Positions 21,660 to 32,869 of a DNA stretch of 64,000 nt are shown here, piece after piece; position 1 is the stretch's first letter; every line of letters starts with the position of its first letter. The stretch lies in NCBI GenBank assembly GCA_963765575.1, contig CAVXWZ010000008.1:160001-224000 (forward strand), read 5' to 3'. Below the pieces are notes generated by a model. That model was not told the origin of the DNA, ran no database searches, and saw only the letters and a list, made by a program, of their open reading frames with translations. The position numbers and the translations under genes are program-made. Origin of the DNA: an uncultured cyanobacterium (GTDB lineage: Bacteria > Cyanobacteriota > Cyanobacteriia > PCC-6307 > Cyanobiaceae).

Positions 21660-22877
21660 TTGCGCCCTTTCGCCGCTGTGCCGCCTCCCTCCTTGCCCGC
21701 CGCTTCCGCCGACCTGCCTCAGCCGGCCCGCCAGCACTGGTCCTGGTGGCCCCTGCTCCCCCTCTACCCCTATGGCCGCCGTCGCACCCTGGTGCGGGAG
21801 CTGATCCCCAACCAGCTGTGGAGTTTCGAGCAGCTGCAGGGACTGTTCTATGTGGCCGTACCGATCCGCATGACGGTGGTGCGCCTGCGTCAGGGGTTGA
21901 TGCTCTATGCGCCCCTGCCCCCCACCGCCGAACTGCTGGCGGCCCTGCGCCAGCTGGAAGCCACCTACGGCCCGGTGCGCAGCATCGTGCTGCCCACCGC
22001 GTCCGGGCTGGAGCACAAGCTGCCGGCTCCGGCCCTGGCCAGGGCCTGTCCCCAGGCGGAGCTCTGGGTGACCCCCCGCCAGTGGAGCTTCCCCCTGCGG
22101 CTGCCGCAGCGCTGGCTGGGTTTTCCCGCCGGCCGCACGCGCGTGTTGTTTGAGCAGGGTCTGCCCCATCCCGATGAGCTGCTGTGGCGGGCCCTGGGTC
22201 CTTTGGACCTTGGCCTGGGCACGTTCATGGAGGTGGCCTGCCTGCACCGCGCCAGCGGCTGCCTGCTGGTCACCGACGCTCTGGTGGCCATCGGCGCCGA
22301 TCCACCGGCCCTTTTCAACGGCGATCCCACCCCCCTGCTGTTCCATGCCCGCGACCGTGGCGACCAGCCCCTGGAGGACACTCCGGAGCAGCGCCGGCGG
22401 GGCTGGCGGCGGCTGGTGCTGTTTGCCTCCTACCTGCGCCCCGCTCCCCTCTCGGTGGCGGGTTGGGGGGAACTATTGCGCCAGGCCTTCGCCCCGGGCC
22501 TGCGCCGTCCCCGCAGCCACTTCGGCCTCTACCCGTTTCGCTGGCACCAGAACTGGGAGCAGGCGTTCCAGGAGCTGGTGCCCGACGATGGTCCCCGGAT
22601 ACAGGTGGCGCCGGTGCTGGAGCGGCTGGTGTTCCCACGCTGCCGCTCGGCCCTGGTGAGCTGGGTCCGCACGCTGGCGGAGCTGGGCGAGACCCGCTGG
22701 TTGGTGCCGGCCCACTACGAGGCCCCCGTGGCCTGCAGCCCGGAGCGGCTGGCCCAGCTTGCCGACGACCTGGAGGCTCGCCCATGGGCCTGCGATGACG
22801 GCAGCTGGGCCACCCTGGCCCGCATTGATCGCACCCTGCTGAAGCTGGGGCTGGTGCCCGCAGAGCCTGGATCCTGA
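21660..22877 (+). CDS. DUF4336 domain protein
   Basis: WPLLPLYPYGRRRT, VPIRMTVV, GLEHK and LVTD motifs. Confidence 0.85.
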   Translation: MRPFAAVPPPSLPAASADLPQPARQHWSWWPLLPLYPYGRRRTLVRELIPNQLWSFEQLQGLFYVAVPIRMTVVRLRQGLMLYAPLPPTAELLAALRQLEATYGPVRSIVLPTASGLEHKLPAPALARACPQAELWVTPRQWSFPLRLPQRWLGFPAGRTRVLFEQGLPHPDELLWRALGPLDLGLGTFMEVACLHRASGCLLVTDALVAIGADPPALFNGDPTPLLFHARDRGDQPLEDTPEQRRRGWRRLVLFASYLRPAPLSVAGWGELLRQAFAPGLRRPRSHFGLYPFRWHQNWEQAFQELVPDDGPRIQVAPVLERLVFPRCRSALVSWVRTLAELGETRWLVPAHYEAPVACSPERLAQLADDLEARPWACDDGSWATLARIDRTLLKLGLVPAEPGS

Positions 22878-22893
22878 GGGCTGATCGCCTCGC

Positions 22894-23250
22894 TCAGAGC
22901 CGCAGGGGGCCAGGGTCGGCGTCCAGCTCGTCGCCATCACCGTTGCCCAGCAGGCTGGCCTCCAGTTCCATGCGCTGCTCCATCTGGCGCAGGAAGTAGC
23001 CCGTCATCATGGCCGAGGCCAGCAGGCCCGCCAGGTTGTCGCGGCTGGTCTGCACCTTCACCTCGAAGTGCTCACCGGGAAGCATCCCCAGCAGCCCCTG
23101 CACGTTGTGGCGAATGATGTCCTGAATCTCTCCGCTGGCGGAGCGGGCCACCCGCTGCAGCACATCCGGCGATTGGTCCTGGAGGTACTGGATCAGCGCA
23201 TTGCTGCTGATCGCTTCGTTGTCGCTCGTCAGGAACTCAGGGTTGAACAT
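22894..23250 (-). CDS. DUF760 domain protein
   Basis: LIQYLQDQSP, NVQGLLG and LAGLLASAMMTGYFLRQMEQR. Confidence 0.88.
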   Translation of the reverse strand: MFNPEFLTSDNEAISSNALIQYLQDQSPDVLQRVARSASGEIQDIIRHNVQGLLGMLPGEHFEVKVQTSRDNLAGLLASAMMTGYFLRQMEQRMELEASLLGNGDGDELDADPGPLRL

Positions 23251-23279
23251 CCTGCCTGTGCGCTGCGTCACGCCCGACC

Positions 23280-23828
23280 TTAGTGCAGGGTCCCCGTGGG
23301 CTCCGGCGGGTTGCTGATCGGGCCGAATCTGGCCAGGGGCCAGTAGCGCCAGATGGCGGTGCCGATCAGTTGCTCCTCGCTCAGCGGACCCCAGAGATGG
23401 GAATCGAGGCTGGCGTTGCGGTTGTCACCCAGCACCAGCAGGTGTCCGGCGGGGACGGTCAGCGGCCCGAGGGTGTAATCAATCGGCTCTGGGTTCCAGT
23501 CGCCCGGCAGCGGCTCTCCATTGCGCCAGAGCTGGCCGCCGCGCACCTCAATGCTGTCACCGGCCCGACCCACCACCCGTTTGATCAAGGCGCTGGCGGG
23601 GTCGTAGCCAGCTTCCTGCAGCACCGCTGGCGGATGAAACACCACCACGCTGCCCAGGGGCGGGTGCCGGTGCAGACGCGCCCGCACTTTCTCCACCAGC
23701 ACCCGATCCTGCAGTTGCAGGGCGGGCAGCATCGATCCCGAGGGGATCCAGCGAGGTTCGATCACCGCCCAGCGCAGCAGCAGGGCCACGGCCACCCAGG
23801 CCAGCAGCGGCAGCAGTTGGCGCCGCAA
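23280..23828 (-). CDS. lepB: Signal peptidase I
   Basis: IPSGSMLP, IKRVVG and GDNRNASLDS motifs. The true start may lie upstream (see findings). Confidence 0.92.
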   Translation of the reverse strand: MRRQLLPLLAWVAVALLLRWAVIEPRWIPSGSMLPALQLQDRVLVEKVRARLHRHPPLGSVVVFHPPAVLQEAGYDPASALIKRVVGRAGDSIEVRGGQLWRNGEPLPGDWNPEPIDYTLGPLTVPAGHLLVLGDNRNASLDSHLWGPLSEEQLIGTAIWRYWPLARFGPISNPPEPTGTLH

Positions 23829-23970
23829 CGCCGCCCAACCCCCGGGGGCTGGGGGGCGTTGGCGAAGGCTGGTCAGTCGCCGGTGCGCCCAAGCCGAACG
23901 GGAAGATGGTCACTCCATCCTGCAGCGCTGCCCCGCCCGTGGTGCAGGGCAGCGCTGCGTCCGCCGCCCG

Positions 23971-25811
23971 ATGGCCCCAGAACTGGACGACAAACCAGGC
24001 CGCCAGCCGCTGGCCAGCGCCAACCTGCAGGCGGCGCTGCTCCTGCTCCAGGCCCTGGTGCAGGCAGGTCTGCGCCATCTGGTGCTGGCTCCCGGCAGCC
24101 GCTCCGGGCCGCTGGCGGTGGCGGCGGGCCTGCTGGAGCAAACCGGCGCGGTGGTGCTCTACACGGCCATCGACGAGCGCTCGGCGGCCTTCTTCGGCCT
24201 CGGTCTGGGGCGGGCCAGTGGCCGGGCTGCGGCCGTGATCACGACCTCCGGCACGGCGGTGGCCAACCTGCTGCCGGCCGCGGTGGAGGCCGACTTCGGC
24301 ACGATTCCCCTGCTGCTGCTCACCGCCGACCGGCCGGCCCGCCTCAAGGGTTGCGGGGCCAACCAGACGGTGAACCAGGAGCGCTTCCTGCTCGCCAGTG
24401 TGCGCTGGCTGGGGGAGGGGGACCCTGCCGGCCTGGCGGCGATGGCCCCCGCGTCGCTTCGGCTTCTGGCCCAACGGGCGCTGGCGCTCACGGCCGGCGG
24501 TAGCGGCTCCGCCGCCGGCGCCGTGCACCTCAACCTGCCCTTTGACGAGCCCCTCCATGCCAGCGCTACGGCCCTGGAGGCCCTGGCGGGGGAGGTGTTG
24601 GTGGCTGGCGTCACGGGCGCTGCACCCCCATCCCCGCCGCCGCCGCCGGCGATCGGGCTCGGTGGGCTCGACCCGGGCCGGCCCGGCCTGGTGGTGGCCG
24701 GGCCCTGGCGCGGCACCCCCCAGGCCTGGCCGGGGTTTCTGGCTGCCCTGCGCAACTGGCAGCAGCGCAGCGGCTGGCCGCTGCTGGCCGATGGCCTCAG
24801 TGGCCTGCGTGGCTGTCCCGGCCTGGCGCTGGTGGCGGGCTACGACCTGATCCCCTCGCCGCCGCCGGACCTGCTGGCCGGCCAGGTGCTGCGCCTGGGT
24901 CCGCTGCCGGCCAGCCGCCCCCTGCAGCAGTTGCTGCAGCGCTGCGGCGGCCGCCAGCTGCTGATCAGCGAAGGCGACCCCCGGCCCCTCGACCCCCTGG
25001 GCTGCTGCCCCCGCCAGTGGGGGGCGGGGCTGGAGGCCTGGATGGCCCAGTTGCCGCCGGCGCCGGCGCAGCGGCCAGCGGTGGCCAACCGGCACCATGC
25101 CGGCGCCTGGCTGGAGGTTGACCGGCGCCTGCAGACCTGGCTCGACGGGGAGCTGGGCGGTGGGGACCCGGCCAGCTCCGGGTGGAGTGAGCCGTCCCTG
25201 GCCCGCCTCCTGGCCCGTCTGTTGCCGGCTGGCCTGCCGCTGGTGCTTGCCAACAGCTCGCCGGTGCGCGATTGGGAGAGCTTCAGCCCGGCGGCCGGAC
25301 CCTGGCGGCCCATCCATGCCTTCCGCGGCGCGTCGGGCATCGATGGCACCCTGTCCCTGGCCTGCGGGGTGGCCGAGGTGGCCGGCGCCGCCGCGCTGCT
25401 CAGCGGTGATCTGGCCCTGCTCCACGACAGCAACGGCTGGCTCTGGCACCGTCAGCTGCGCGGCCGGCTCACGGTGGTGCTGATCGACAACGGCGGCGGC
25501 GGCATCTTCGAGCAGCTGCCCATCCGGCACCAGCCCGCCGCAGCCCAGCCCGCAGGAGCCCAGCCCAGCCTGGAGCCCTCGACTTCGAGCGCCTGTTCGC
25601 CATGCCCCAGGCGGTCGATCCCCTGGCCCTGGCGGCGGCCCACGGCGTGCCCGGCCGGGCCCCGGCCACCCTGGCCGCCCTGCAGCGCGATCTGGCCTGG
25701 GCGCAGCAGCAGCCCCTGGCCCTGCTGCTGCTGTGCAGCGATCGGCGCCAGGACGCGGAGCGCCGCCGCCAGCTGCGCAGAATGGCCCCTGCCTTCGCCC
25801 CCCCGCCATGA
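23971..25811 (+). CDS. menD: SEPHCHC synthase MenD, with an apparent 1-nt deletion frameshift at ~25576-25578
   Basis: [39 protein letters not shown] and NGGGGIF motifs. The C-terminus ([10 protein letters not shown]...) continues in the -1 frame to TGA 25811. Confidence 0.9.
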
Positions 25812-26668
25812 CCGCGGCCCCCTCGGCCTGGCAACCGGTGCGCTGGCAGCAGGTCGGCGCCTATGAGGACATCCGCTGCGAGCGCAGTGACGAGGGCATC
25901 GCCCGCATCACCATCGATCGCCCCCACAAGCGCAACGCCTTCCGGCCCCGCACGGTGCAGGAGCTCTGTGATGCCTTCTCGCGGGTGCGCGATGACCCCC
26001 GTCTCGGCGTGGTGCTGTTCACCGGAGCGGGCCCGGCGGCGGACGGCGGCTGGGCGTTCTGTGCGGGCGGAGACCAGAGCGTGCGCGGTGAGGGGGGCTA
26101 TGTGGATGAGCAGGGCCTGCCGCGCCTCAACGTGCTCGACCTGCAGCGCCTGATCCGCAGCCTGCCCAAGGTGGTGATCGCCCTGGTGGCCGGCTACGCC
26201 ATCGGCGGCGGCCAGGTGCTGCACCTGCTCTGCGACCTCTCGATCGCCGCCGATAACGCCCGCTTCGGCCAGACCGGTCCGCGGGTGGGCAGCTTCGACG
26301 GCGGCTTCGGGGCGGGCTATCTGGCCCGGGTGGTGGGCCAGCGCAAGGCGCGCGAAATCTGGTTCCTGTGCCGCCAGTACGGGGCGGCCGAGGCCCTGGA
26401 GATGGGGCTGGTGAACGCGGTGGTGCCGCTGGAGGACCTGCAGCGCGAGGGGGTGTGTTGGGCCCGGGAGGTGCTGCAGCACAGCCCCACGGCCATCCGT
26501 TGCCTCAAGGCGGCCTTCAACGCTGAAACCGACGGCCTGGCCGGAATCCAGGAGCTGGCCGGTCAGGCCACCCACCTCTTCTACCGGACCGAGGAGGGGC
26601 AGGAGGGCCGCAATGCCTTCCTGGAGAAGCGTCCTCCCGATTTTTCCGGCTCGCCCTGGTTACCTTGA
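25808..26668 (+). CDS. menB: 1,4-dihydroxy-2-naphthoyl-CoA synthase
   Basis: KRNAFRP, FCAGGDQ, GYAIGGG and [12 protein letters not shown] motifs. Confidence 0.96.
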   Translation: MTAAPSAWQPVRWQQVGAYEDIRCERSDEGIARITIDRPHKRNAFRPRTVQELCDAFSRVRDDPRLGVVLFTGAGPAADGGWAFCAGGDQSVRGEGGYVDEQGLPRLNVLDLQRLIRSLPKVVIALVAGYAIGGGQVLHLLCDLSIAADNARFGQTGPRVGSFDGGFGAGYLARVVGQRKAREIWFLCRQYGAAEALEMGLVNAVVPLEDLQREGVCWAREVLQHSPTAIRCLKAAFNAETDGLAGIQELAGQATHLFYRTEEGQEGRNAFLEKRPPDFSGSPWLP

Positions 26669-26700
26669 TCCCACCTGGGTCTGGAGCGACGACCACCGCC

Positions 26701-27300
26701 GTGCCCTCCCTGTGCCCGCCGTGCCGGCGTCCAGGCCGCTTGCCGGTTCTGTTGGCCGTGCTGTTCTGGGCCGCTCCCGCCGCCGCCGGCAGCGCTGTGG
26801 GAGCGGCCCCTCCCACCGGCCTGGCGGTGCCTGCGGGCACCGCCGCCGTGCTGCCCCGGCCCGCCCGCCGGGAGCTGGTGCTGCAGCTCGGTGCCCGCCG
26901 GCTGCTGGTGCTCGAGGCCGGCCGCGAGTTGCGGCGCTTTCCGGTCGCCGTGGGTCGCCCGGGCTGGGAGACGCCGGTGGGGCAGTTCCAGGTGATGGAG
27001 TTGGTGGCCGATCCGATCTGGGAGCATCCCGCCACGGGGGTGCACGTGCCCCCCGGACCCCAGAATCCCCTCGGCAGCCGCTGGATCGGCTTCCACCGCG
27101 ACTGCCGTGGCCGTCGTGGCTTCAACGGTGTGGAGGTGCTCACGGTGGAGGGCTGCGTGAGTGCGGGTTTCCACGGCACGCCCCAGCGCGACAGCGTCGG
27201 CCGGGCCGTCTCCCACGGCTGCGTGCGCCTGTTCGACGAGCACGTGCGCGAGCTGTTCGAGCTGGTGCAGTTGGGCACCCCGGTGACGGTCCAGCCCTGA
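26701..27300 (+). CDS. L,D-transpeptidase (YkuD family)
   Basis: [22 protein letters not shown] and [18 protein letters not shown] motifs. Confidence 0.9.
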   Translation: MPSLCPPCRRPGRLPVLLAVLFWAAPAAAGSAVGAAPPTGLAVPAGTAAVLPRPARRELVLQLGARRLLVLEAGRELRRFPVAVGRPGWETPVGQFQVMELVADPIWEHPATGVHVPPGPQNPLGSRWIGFHRDCRGRRGFNGVEVLTVEGCVSAGFHGTPQRDSVGRAVSHGCVRLFDEHVRELFELVQLGTPVTVQP

Positions 27301-27389
27301 TCGCCACGCTCTCGATGGGCGGCGCGGCCCAGGCGGGGAAGCGGCCGCAGACCACCCCTACAGTTGCGCCCAGCAGAGGCTGTGCCGGA

Positions 27390-28874
27390 ATGCGGATCCT
27401 GTTTGCCGCTGCCGAGTGTGCCCCCCTGGTCAAGGTGGGTGGGATGGGTGATGTGGTGGGCTCGCTGCCGCCGGCCCTGGCCCGTTTCGGCCATGACGTG
27501 CGCACGATCATTCCGGGCTACGGCCGGCTCTGGTCGCTGCTGGAGATCCCCTCCGAACCGGTGTGGCGGGGTCACACCATGGGCAACGACTTCGCCGTGT
27601 TCAAGACCAGCCACCCGGGCAGTGGTCTGCCCCTCTATCTGGTGGGCCATCCGGTGTTCGACGCCCAGCGCATCTACGGCGGCGAGGACGAGGACTGGCG
27701 GTTCACCTTCTTCGCCAGCGCCACCGCGGAGTTCTGCTGGCACCACTGGAAACCCCAGGTGCTGCACTGCCATGACTGGCACACCGGCATGTTGCCCGTG
27801 TGGATGCACCAGGACCCGGAGGTGAGCACCGTGTTCACCATCCACAACCTGCGCTACCAGGGCCCCTGGCGCTGGAAGCTCGACGGCATGGCCTGGTGCC
27901 CCTGGTACATGCAGGGCGACCACACCATGGCGGCCGCCCTGCTCTATGCCGACCGCATCAGCGCCGTGTCGCCCACCTACGCCGAGGAGATCCGCACCGC
28001 CGAGTACGGGGAGCATCTCGAGGGGCTGCTCAACTTCGTCAGCGGCCGGCTGCGCGGCATCCTCAACGGCATCGACACCGAGGCCTGGGATCCGGCCACC
28101 GACACCACCCTGCCGGCCCGGTTCAGTGCCGATGATCTGGCGCCCCGGGAGATCAACAAACGGGTGCTGCAGGAGCGTTTTGGCCTCACGGTGAACCCCC
28201 GCAGCTACCTGCTGGGGGTCGTGAGCCGGCTGGTGGACCAGAAGGGTGTGGATCTGCTGCTGCAGGTGACCGATCGGGTGCTGGCCTACACCGACAGCCA
28301 GATCGTGGTGCTGGGCACAGGCGATCGGGCCTACGAGACGGGGCTGTGGCAGCTGGCGGCCCGCCATCCCGGCCGCTTCGCCGTGTTCCTCACCTACGAC
28401 GACGCCCTCTCGCGGCTGATCTATGGGGGCAGTGACGCCTTCCTGATGCCGAGCCAGTTCGAACCCTGCGGCATCAGCCAGATGCTGGCCATGCGCTATG
28501 GCTCGATCCCGGTGGTGCGCCGGGTGGGGGGCCTGGTGGACACCGTGCCCCCTAACGATCCCGGCGCCGAGGGCGGCCGGGGCAGCGGCACCGGCTACGG
28601 CTTTGACCGCTATGAGCCGATCGACTTCTACACCGCGATCGTGCGCTCGTGGGAGGCCTACCGCAATCCCAGCGCCTGGGCCCAGCTGCAGGGCCGCGCC
28701 ATGGCGATGGACTTCAGCTGGGATCGCTCCGCCATCGCCTACGAGGCCCTCTACCGGGAGGTCTGCGGCGTCAAGGAACCGACTCCCGAGGCGGCTGCGG
28801 TGGAACAGTTCTCCCAGGGCCAGGACGCCGACCCCAGCCGCCGGGGCCTGGTCTCCCTGCTCAAGCGCCGTTAG
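27390..28874 (+). CDS. glgA: Glycogen synthase
   Basis: [20 protein letters not shown] and FEPCGISQ motifs. Confidence 0.96.
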   Translation: MRILFAAAECAPLVKVGGMGDVVGSLPPALARFGHDVRTIIPGYGRLWSLLEIPSEPVWRGHTMGNDFAVFKTSHPGSGLPLYLVGHPVFDAQRIYGGEDEDWRFTFFASATAEFCWHHWKPQVLHCHDWHTGMLPVWMHQDPEVSTVFTIHNLRYQGPWRWKLDGMAWCPWYMQGDHTMAAALLYADRISAVSPTYAEEIRTAEYGEHLEGLLNFVSGRLRGILNGIDTEAWDPATDTTLPARFSADDLAPREINKRVLQERFGLTVNPRSYLLGVVSRLVDQKGVDLLLQVTDRVLAYTDSQIVVLGTGDRAYETGLWQLAARHPGRFAVFLTYDDALSRLIYGGSDAFLMPSQFEPCGISQMLAMRYGSIPVVRRVGGLVDTVPPNDPGAEGGRGSGTGYGFDRYEPIDFYTAIVRSWEAYRNPSAWAQLQGRAMAMDFSWDRSAIAYEALYREVCGVKEPTPEAAAVEQFSQGQDADPSRRGLVSLLKRR

Positions 28875-28880
28875 GTCGGG

Positions 28881-29656
28881 GTGGACGGGCAGGATCGGCC
28901 GGCCTCAGCACCGGGCCGGGATCTGCCCGCCCCCTATGAAGACCCCTGGATGCTGCTGGGCCGCGACCTGCGCGCCCTGGTCGCCACGGGCCGCCTGGGA
29001 CTCCGGCAGCTGGCGCGGCGCAACCGCCAGGGGGATCTGGCCGTACCGGGCTTCTGGCCCGGCGACCTCAGGCCCTGGTTCTGGCCCCTGGCCCTCGCGC
29101 TGGCGCTGCTACTGGCGGTGGTGCTGATCACTGGGCTGCCGGGGCTTGTGCCGGAACGGGCCTCCCTGCCCACCCCCCTGGCGCCCCCGTCAGCTTCCTC
29201 CCCTGCAGCGGCGGCCGGCCCTGGCCGCGAGGCAGCGGAGCAGGCCGGGGGGGCCTCTGAGGCGACGGGCGCCTTCCAACAGCCGGCACCGCCGCCACCG
29301 CTGTGCCGGTGGTACCGGTGGTGCCACCGCCGCCGGATCCCCTGCTGGCGCTGCTCAAGTCCGCCGACCCCAGGGGGCTGGTTCAGGCGCTGGAGGCCGT
29401 CCCCGCCCGCAGCTGCCTGGAGCTGCGGCTGGCGGCGGCGTTCACGGCCCTCGCCCCCGAGACACAGCAGCAGCAGGCCGAGAGCTGGCGCGGCCGGGCC
29501 CAGGAGCTGGGCTACGAGCGCCTGGAGCTGGTGGATGGCGCCGGCCGGCTGCTGGGGCGAACCGCCCGGGTGGGCTCAGGCATGATCCTGCTCTCGCCGC
29601 CGGCCGCCACTGCCGATGCCCCTCGATCTCCAGCAGGTTCAGCAGCTCTTCGGTGA
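28881..29656 (+). CDS. Hypothetical membrane protein, apparently frameshifted near 29300
   Basis: N-terminal part (DLPAPYEDPW, TM helix) in one frame. C-terminal part (QELGYERLELVD...RVGSGMIL) in the -1 frame. Confidence 0.6.
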
Positions 29657-31016
29657 GCCGCTCACCCCCTCGGCGCTGTGGCGCTCCCCCTCGGCCCTCT
29701 TCGTCAGCACCGACAGCCGGGGCCTGAGGCCCGACGGGCTGTTCGTGCCGCTGGTGGGGGAACGCTTCGATGGCCACCGCTTTCTGGATCAGGCCCTGGC
29801 CGCCGGCAGCAGCGCCCTGGTGGTGCAGCGTGACCGGATCGAGGCCACGGCCCTGCAGGCGCTGACGGCGGCGGCGGCGGGCTGTGGTGCCGCCCTGTGG
29901 CTGGTGGATGACACGCTCCAGGCCTACCAGGATCTGGCTCGCCTGTGGCGGCAGGGCCTCCAGGCCAAGGTGGTGGCCGTGACCGGCTCGGCCGGCAAGA
30001 CCAGCACCCGTGAGCTGATCCGCGCCGCGTTGGCGCCGCTGGGTGCGGTGCTGGCCTCCACTGGCAACGACAACAACGATGTCGGTGTGCCGCTCACCCT
30101 GTTGCGGGCCGACGCCGAACACAGCGCCGTGGTGGTGGAGATGGGCATGCGCGGCCTCGGTGAGATCGAGCGGCTCAGTGCCTGTGCCCGTCCCGATGTG
30201 GCTGTGATCACCAACATCGGCACCGCCCACATCGGCCGCCTGGGCAGCCGCGAGGCCATCGCCACGGCCAAGTGCGAGATCGTCAGCGGCCTCGACGCGG
30301 CCGGGGTGGTGGTGATCCCGGCTGGAGATCCCCTGCTTGACGCCAGCCTGGCCAGGGCGTGGAGCGGGCGGGTGGTGCGGGTGGCCCTCGCCGGTGATCC
30401 CGGTGAGGGCCAGGCCCAGCGGGTCGGCCAGCTCGATGAAGACAGCGGCTGGCTGGAGTGTGCCGGCAGGCGCCTGCCGCTGCCGCTGGCGGGGCGCCAT
30501 CAGGCCCGCAACCTGATGCTGGCGCTGGCGGTGGCCGAGGAGCTGGGGCTGCCTGCCGACCGCTGGCAGCCCCTGCTGGTGGAGTTGCCGGGCGGCCGCA
30601 GCCGCCGCCACGAGCTCGCTGGGCTGACGCTCCTCGATGAGACCTACAACGCCTCCCCGGAGGCAACGCTGGCTGCCCTGGAGCTGCTGGCGAGCCAGCC
30701 GGGCGGGCGCCGCTACGCCGTGCTGGGCACGATGCTGGAGCTCGGTGAGCGCAGTCTGGAGCTGCACCGCCAGGTGGCTGAGCGGGCTGTGCAACTCGGA
30801 CTTGATGGCCTGGTGCTGGTGGTGGCCGGTGCTGAGGGCGAGGCCATGGCCGCCGCTGCGGCCCCGCTGCAACGGCTTGCCCTGGTGGCCACCCCCGAGG
30901 AGGCGGCCGAGCCCCTGCGGGGCTGGCTCGAGCGCGGCGATGTGGTGCTGCTCAAGGCCAGTCGCGGCGTTGCCCTCGAGCGCCTGCTGCCGCTGCTGGG
31001 CGCGTTCAAACTGTAG
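29616..31016 (+). CDS. murF: UDP-N-acetylmuramoyl-tripeptide--D-alanyl-D-alanine ligase
   Basis: STDSR, VTGSAGKT, VEMGM, DETYNASP, GTMLELG and LLKASR motifs. Confidence 0.95.
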   Translation: MPLDLQQVQQLFGEPLTPSALWRSPSALFVSTDSRGLRPDGLFVPLVGERFDGHRFLDQALAAGSSALVVQRDRIEATALQALTAAAAGCGAALWLVDDTLQAYQDLARLWRQGLQAKVVAVTGSAGKTSTRELIRAALAPLGAVLASTGNDNNDVGVPLTLLRADAEHSAVVVEMGMRGLGEIERLSACARPDVAVITNIGTAHIGRLGSREAIATAKCEIVSGLDAAGVVVIPAGDPLLDASLARAWSGRVVRVALAGDPGEGQAQRVGQLDEDSGWLECAGRRLPLPLAGRHQARNLMLALAVAEELGLPADRWQPLLVELPGGRSRRHELAGLTLLDETYNASPEATLAALELLASQPGGRRYAVLGTMLELGERSLELHRQVAERAVQLGLDGLVLVVAGAEGEAMAAAAAPLQRLALVATPEEAAEPLRGWLERGDVVLLKASRGVALERLLPLLGAFKL

Positions 31017-31034
31017 AAACTGGACTCAACGGCC

Positions 31035-31463
31035 ATGCTCCTGAACCTCAAGCAGCGTTTGCAGTCGCTGCGAATGGTGGCGGGCTTGGCCCGCAGCCTG
31101 CAGGACAGCCCGATTACGTCCCCCCAGCAGTAGGTGGTCCATCGGATGCGGGAAACCCACGACATCGTTCATGTGCTCACGGGCTTCGGCACCGATGGGC
31201 CCGGCGAGCTCGGCCTGCAGGCGTTCAACCTGGCCCAGAACCGCTCTCCCCTGGCGGCGATGCTCATCTTTGGGGGGATCCTCAAGGGCCTGCAGGACGA
31301 CGAACCGCTCGAACCTCTGCTCACGGCACTGGCCCGCGGATTTGATCTCGGCCTCCGCGCCCCCTGCGTGATCGCCTCCAAGCTGGAGGACGGTTGGGAG
31401 CTGCCGCTGGGTGAGTGGCAACGGCAGCTGGGCTTACCCCTGGCCAACCCGCTGCTGGCCTAG
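31035..31463 (+). pseudogene. Coq4-family protein pseudogene
   Basis: ATG 31035, in-frame TAG at 31131, then the RETHDIVHVLTGFG..ELGLQAF Coq4 motif. The N-terminal half is very short. Confidence 0.75.
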
Positions 31464-32809
31464 CGCGGTCCCATCCAGTTCTCCTTCACCAGCTGCCGGG
31501 CGCGACCCAGGGCCAGGGCGCCGCTGGGCACGTCCCGGGTGAGGGTGGAGCCGGCCCCCACGGTGACGCCGCTGCCGAGGGTGATCGGGGCCACCAACAC
31601 CGAATTGGCGCCGGTCTTGCTGTCCGCACCCAGCACGGTGCGGTGCTTGCGTACGCCGTCGTAGTTGGCGGTGATTGTGCCGGCGCCCACGTTGACCCGT
31701 TCGCCCAGGTCGGCATCGCCGATGTAGCTGAGGTGGTTCACCTTCACCTGCCCGGCCAGCCGGCTGTTCTTGACCTCCACGAAGTTGCCCACGTGGCAGC
31801 CCGGGCCGAGCCGGGTGCCGGGCCGCAGCTGGGTGAAGGGCCCGATCGAACAGCCCTCGGCGGCATGGGCCTCGCGCAACACGGCATGCAGCACCTGACA
31901 GCCATCGCCCAACTCACTGTTCTCGATCAGGCAGCCCGGGCCGATGCGGCAGCCCGAGCCGATCCTGGTGCTGCCGCGGAAATGGCACTGGGGCTCCACC
32001 ACCACATCGCGGCCGAAGCGGGTGTCGTCGCTGAGGGTGCAGCTGGCCGGATCCACGAAGGTCACGCCCTCCGCCATCCAGCGGCGCCGCAGCCGCTCCT
32101 GCAGCACGGCCTCGCACTGGCTGAGCTGCAACCGGTCATTGATGCCGCTGATCTCGGCGCTGTCGGCCACCTCCAGGTGCATCGCCGGCGCCAGCATGGC
32201 CACGGTGTCGGTGAGGTAGAGCTCACCCTGGTCGTTGTTGCTGCTCAGCAGCGGCAGCACAGCCGCCAGCTGGCGCCAGCTGAAGCAGTAGATGCCGGCG
32301 TTGATCAGGGTGTTCTGCCGCTGGCTTGGGCTGCAGTCGCGGTGCTCCACGATCGCGCTCACCCGGCCGTCGTCGCCGGCGAACACCCGGCCGTAGCCGC
32401 TGGGATCGGCGAGCCGGGCGGTGAGCAGGGTCACGGCGGCGCCGCTGGCGCGGTGTTGGGCCAGGAGGTTCTCGAGCGTTTCGGCCCGCAGCAGCGGCAC
32501 ATCGCCATTGAGCACCAGCAGATCGCCCTGGAAGTCCTGCAGGGGCTCCAGCAGGTGCTGCACGGCATGGCCGGTGCCCCGCTGGGGCTGCTGCAGCACG
32601 AACTCCAACCCCGGCTGGGTCGCCAGCGACTGCTCCACCCGTGCGGCCTGGTGGCCCACGATCAGCAGGCGGCGCTGCGGGCTGAGGGCCTGGCAGCTGC
32701 CCAGCACCCGCTCCACCAGCGTGGCGCCCGCCAGGGGCTGGAGCACCTTGGGCAGGTCGCTCTTCATGCGGGTGCCTTTTCCAGCGGCCAGCACGGCAAC
32801 GGCGAGCAT
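31460..32809 (-). CDS. glmU: Bifunctional UDP-GlcNAc pyrophosphorylase/glucosamine-1-P acetyltransferase
   Basis: [26 protein letters not shown] and [11 protein letters not shown] motifs. Confidence 0.97.
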   Translation of the reverse strand: MLAVAVLAAGKGTRMKSDLPKVLQPLAGATLVERVLGSCQALSPQRRLLIVGHQAARVEQSLATQPGLEFVLQQPQRGTGHAVQHLLEPLQDFQGDLLVLNGDVPLLRAETLENLLAQHRASGAAVTLLTARLADPSGYGRVFAGDDGRVSAIVEHRDCSPSQRQNTLINAGIYCFSWRQLAAVLPLLSSNNDQGELYLTDTVAMLAPAMHLEVADSAEISGINDRLQLSQCEAVLQERLRRRWMAEGVTFVDPASCTLSDDTRFGRDVVVEPQCHFRGSTRIGSGCRIGPGCLIENSELGDGCQVLHAVLREAHAAEGCSIGPFTQLRPGTRLGPGCHVGNFVEVKNSRLAGQVKVNHLSYIGDADLGERVNVGAGTITANYDGVRKHRTVLGADSKTGANSVLVAPITLGSGVTVGAGSTLTRDVPSGALALGRARQLVKENWMGPR

Positions 32810-32869
32810 CAGCGGGGCACGGCAGCTGGGCGGGAATCTACGTGGGCTGGTCGCCCCGGGCGCAGGCCG

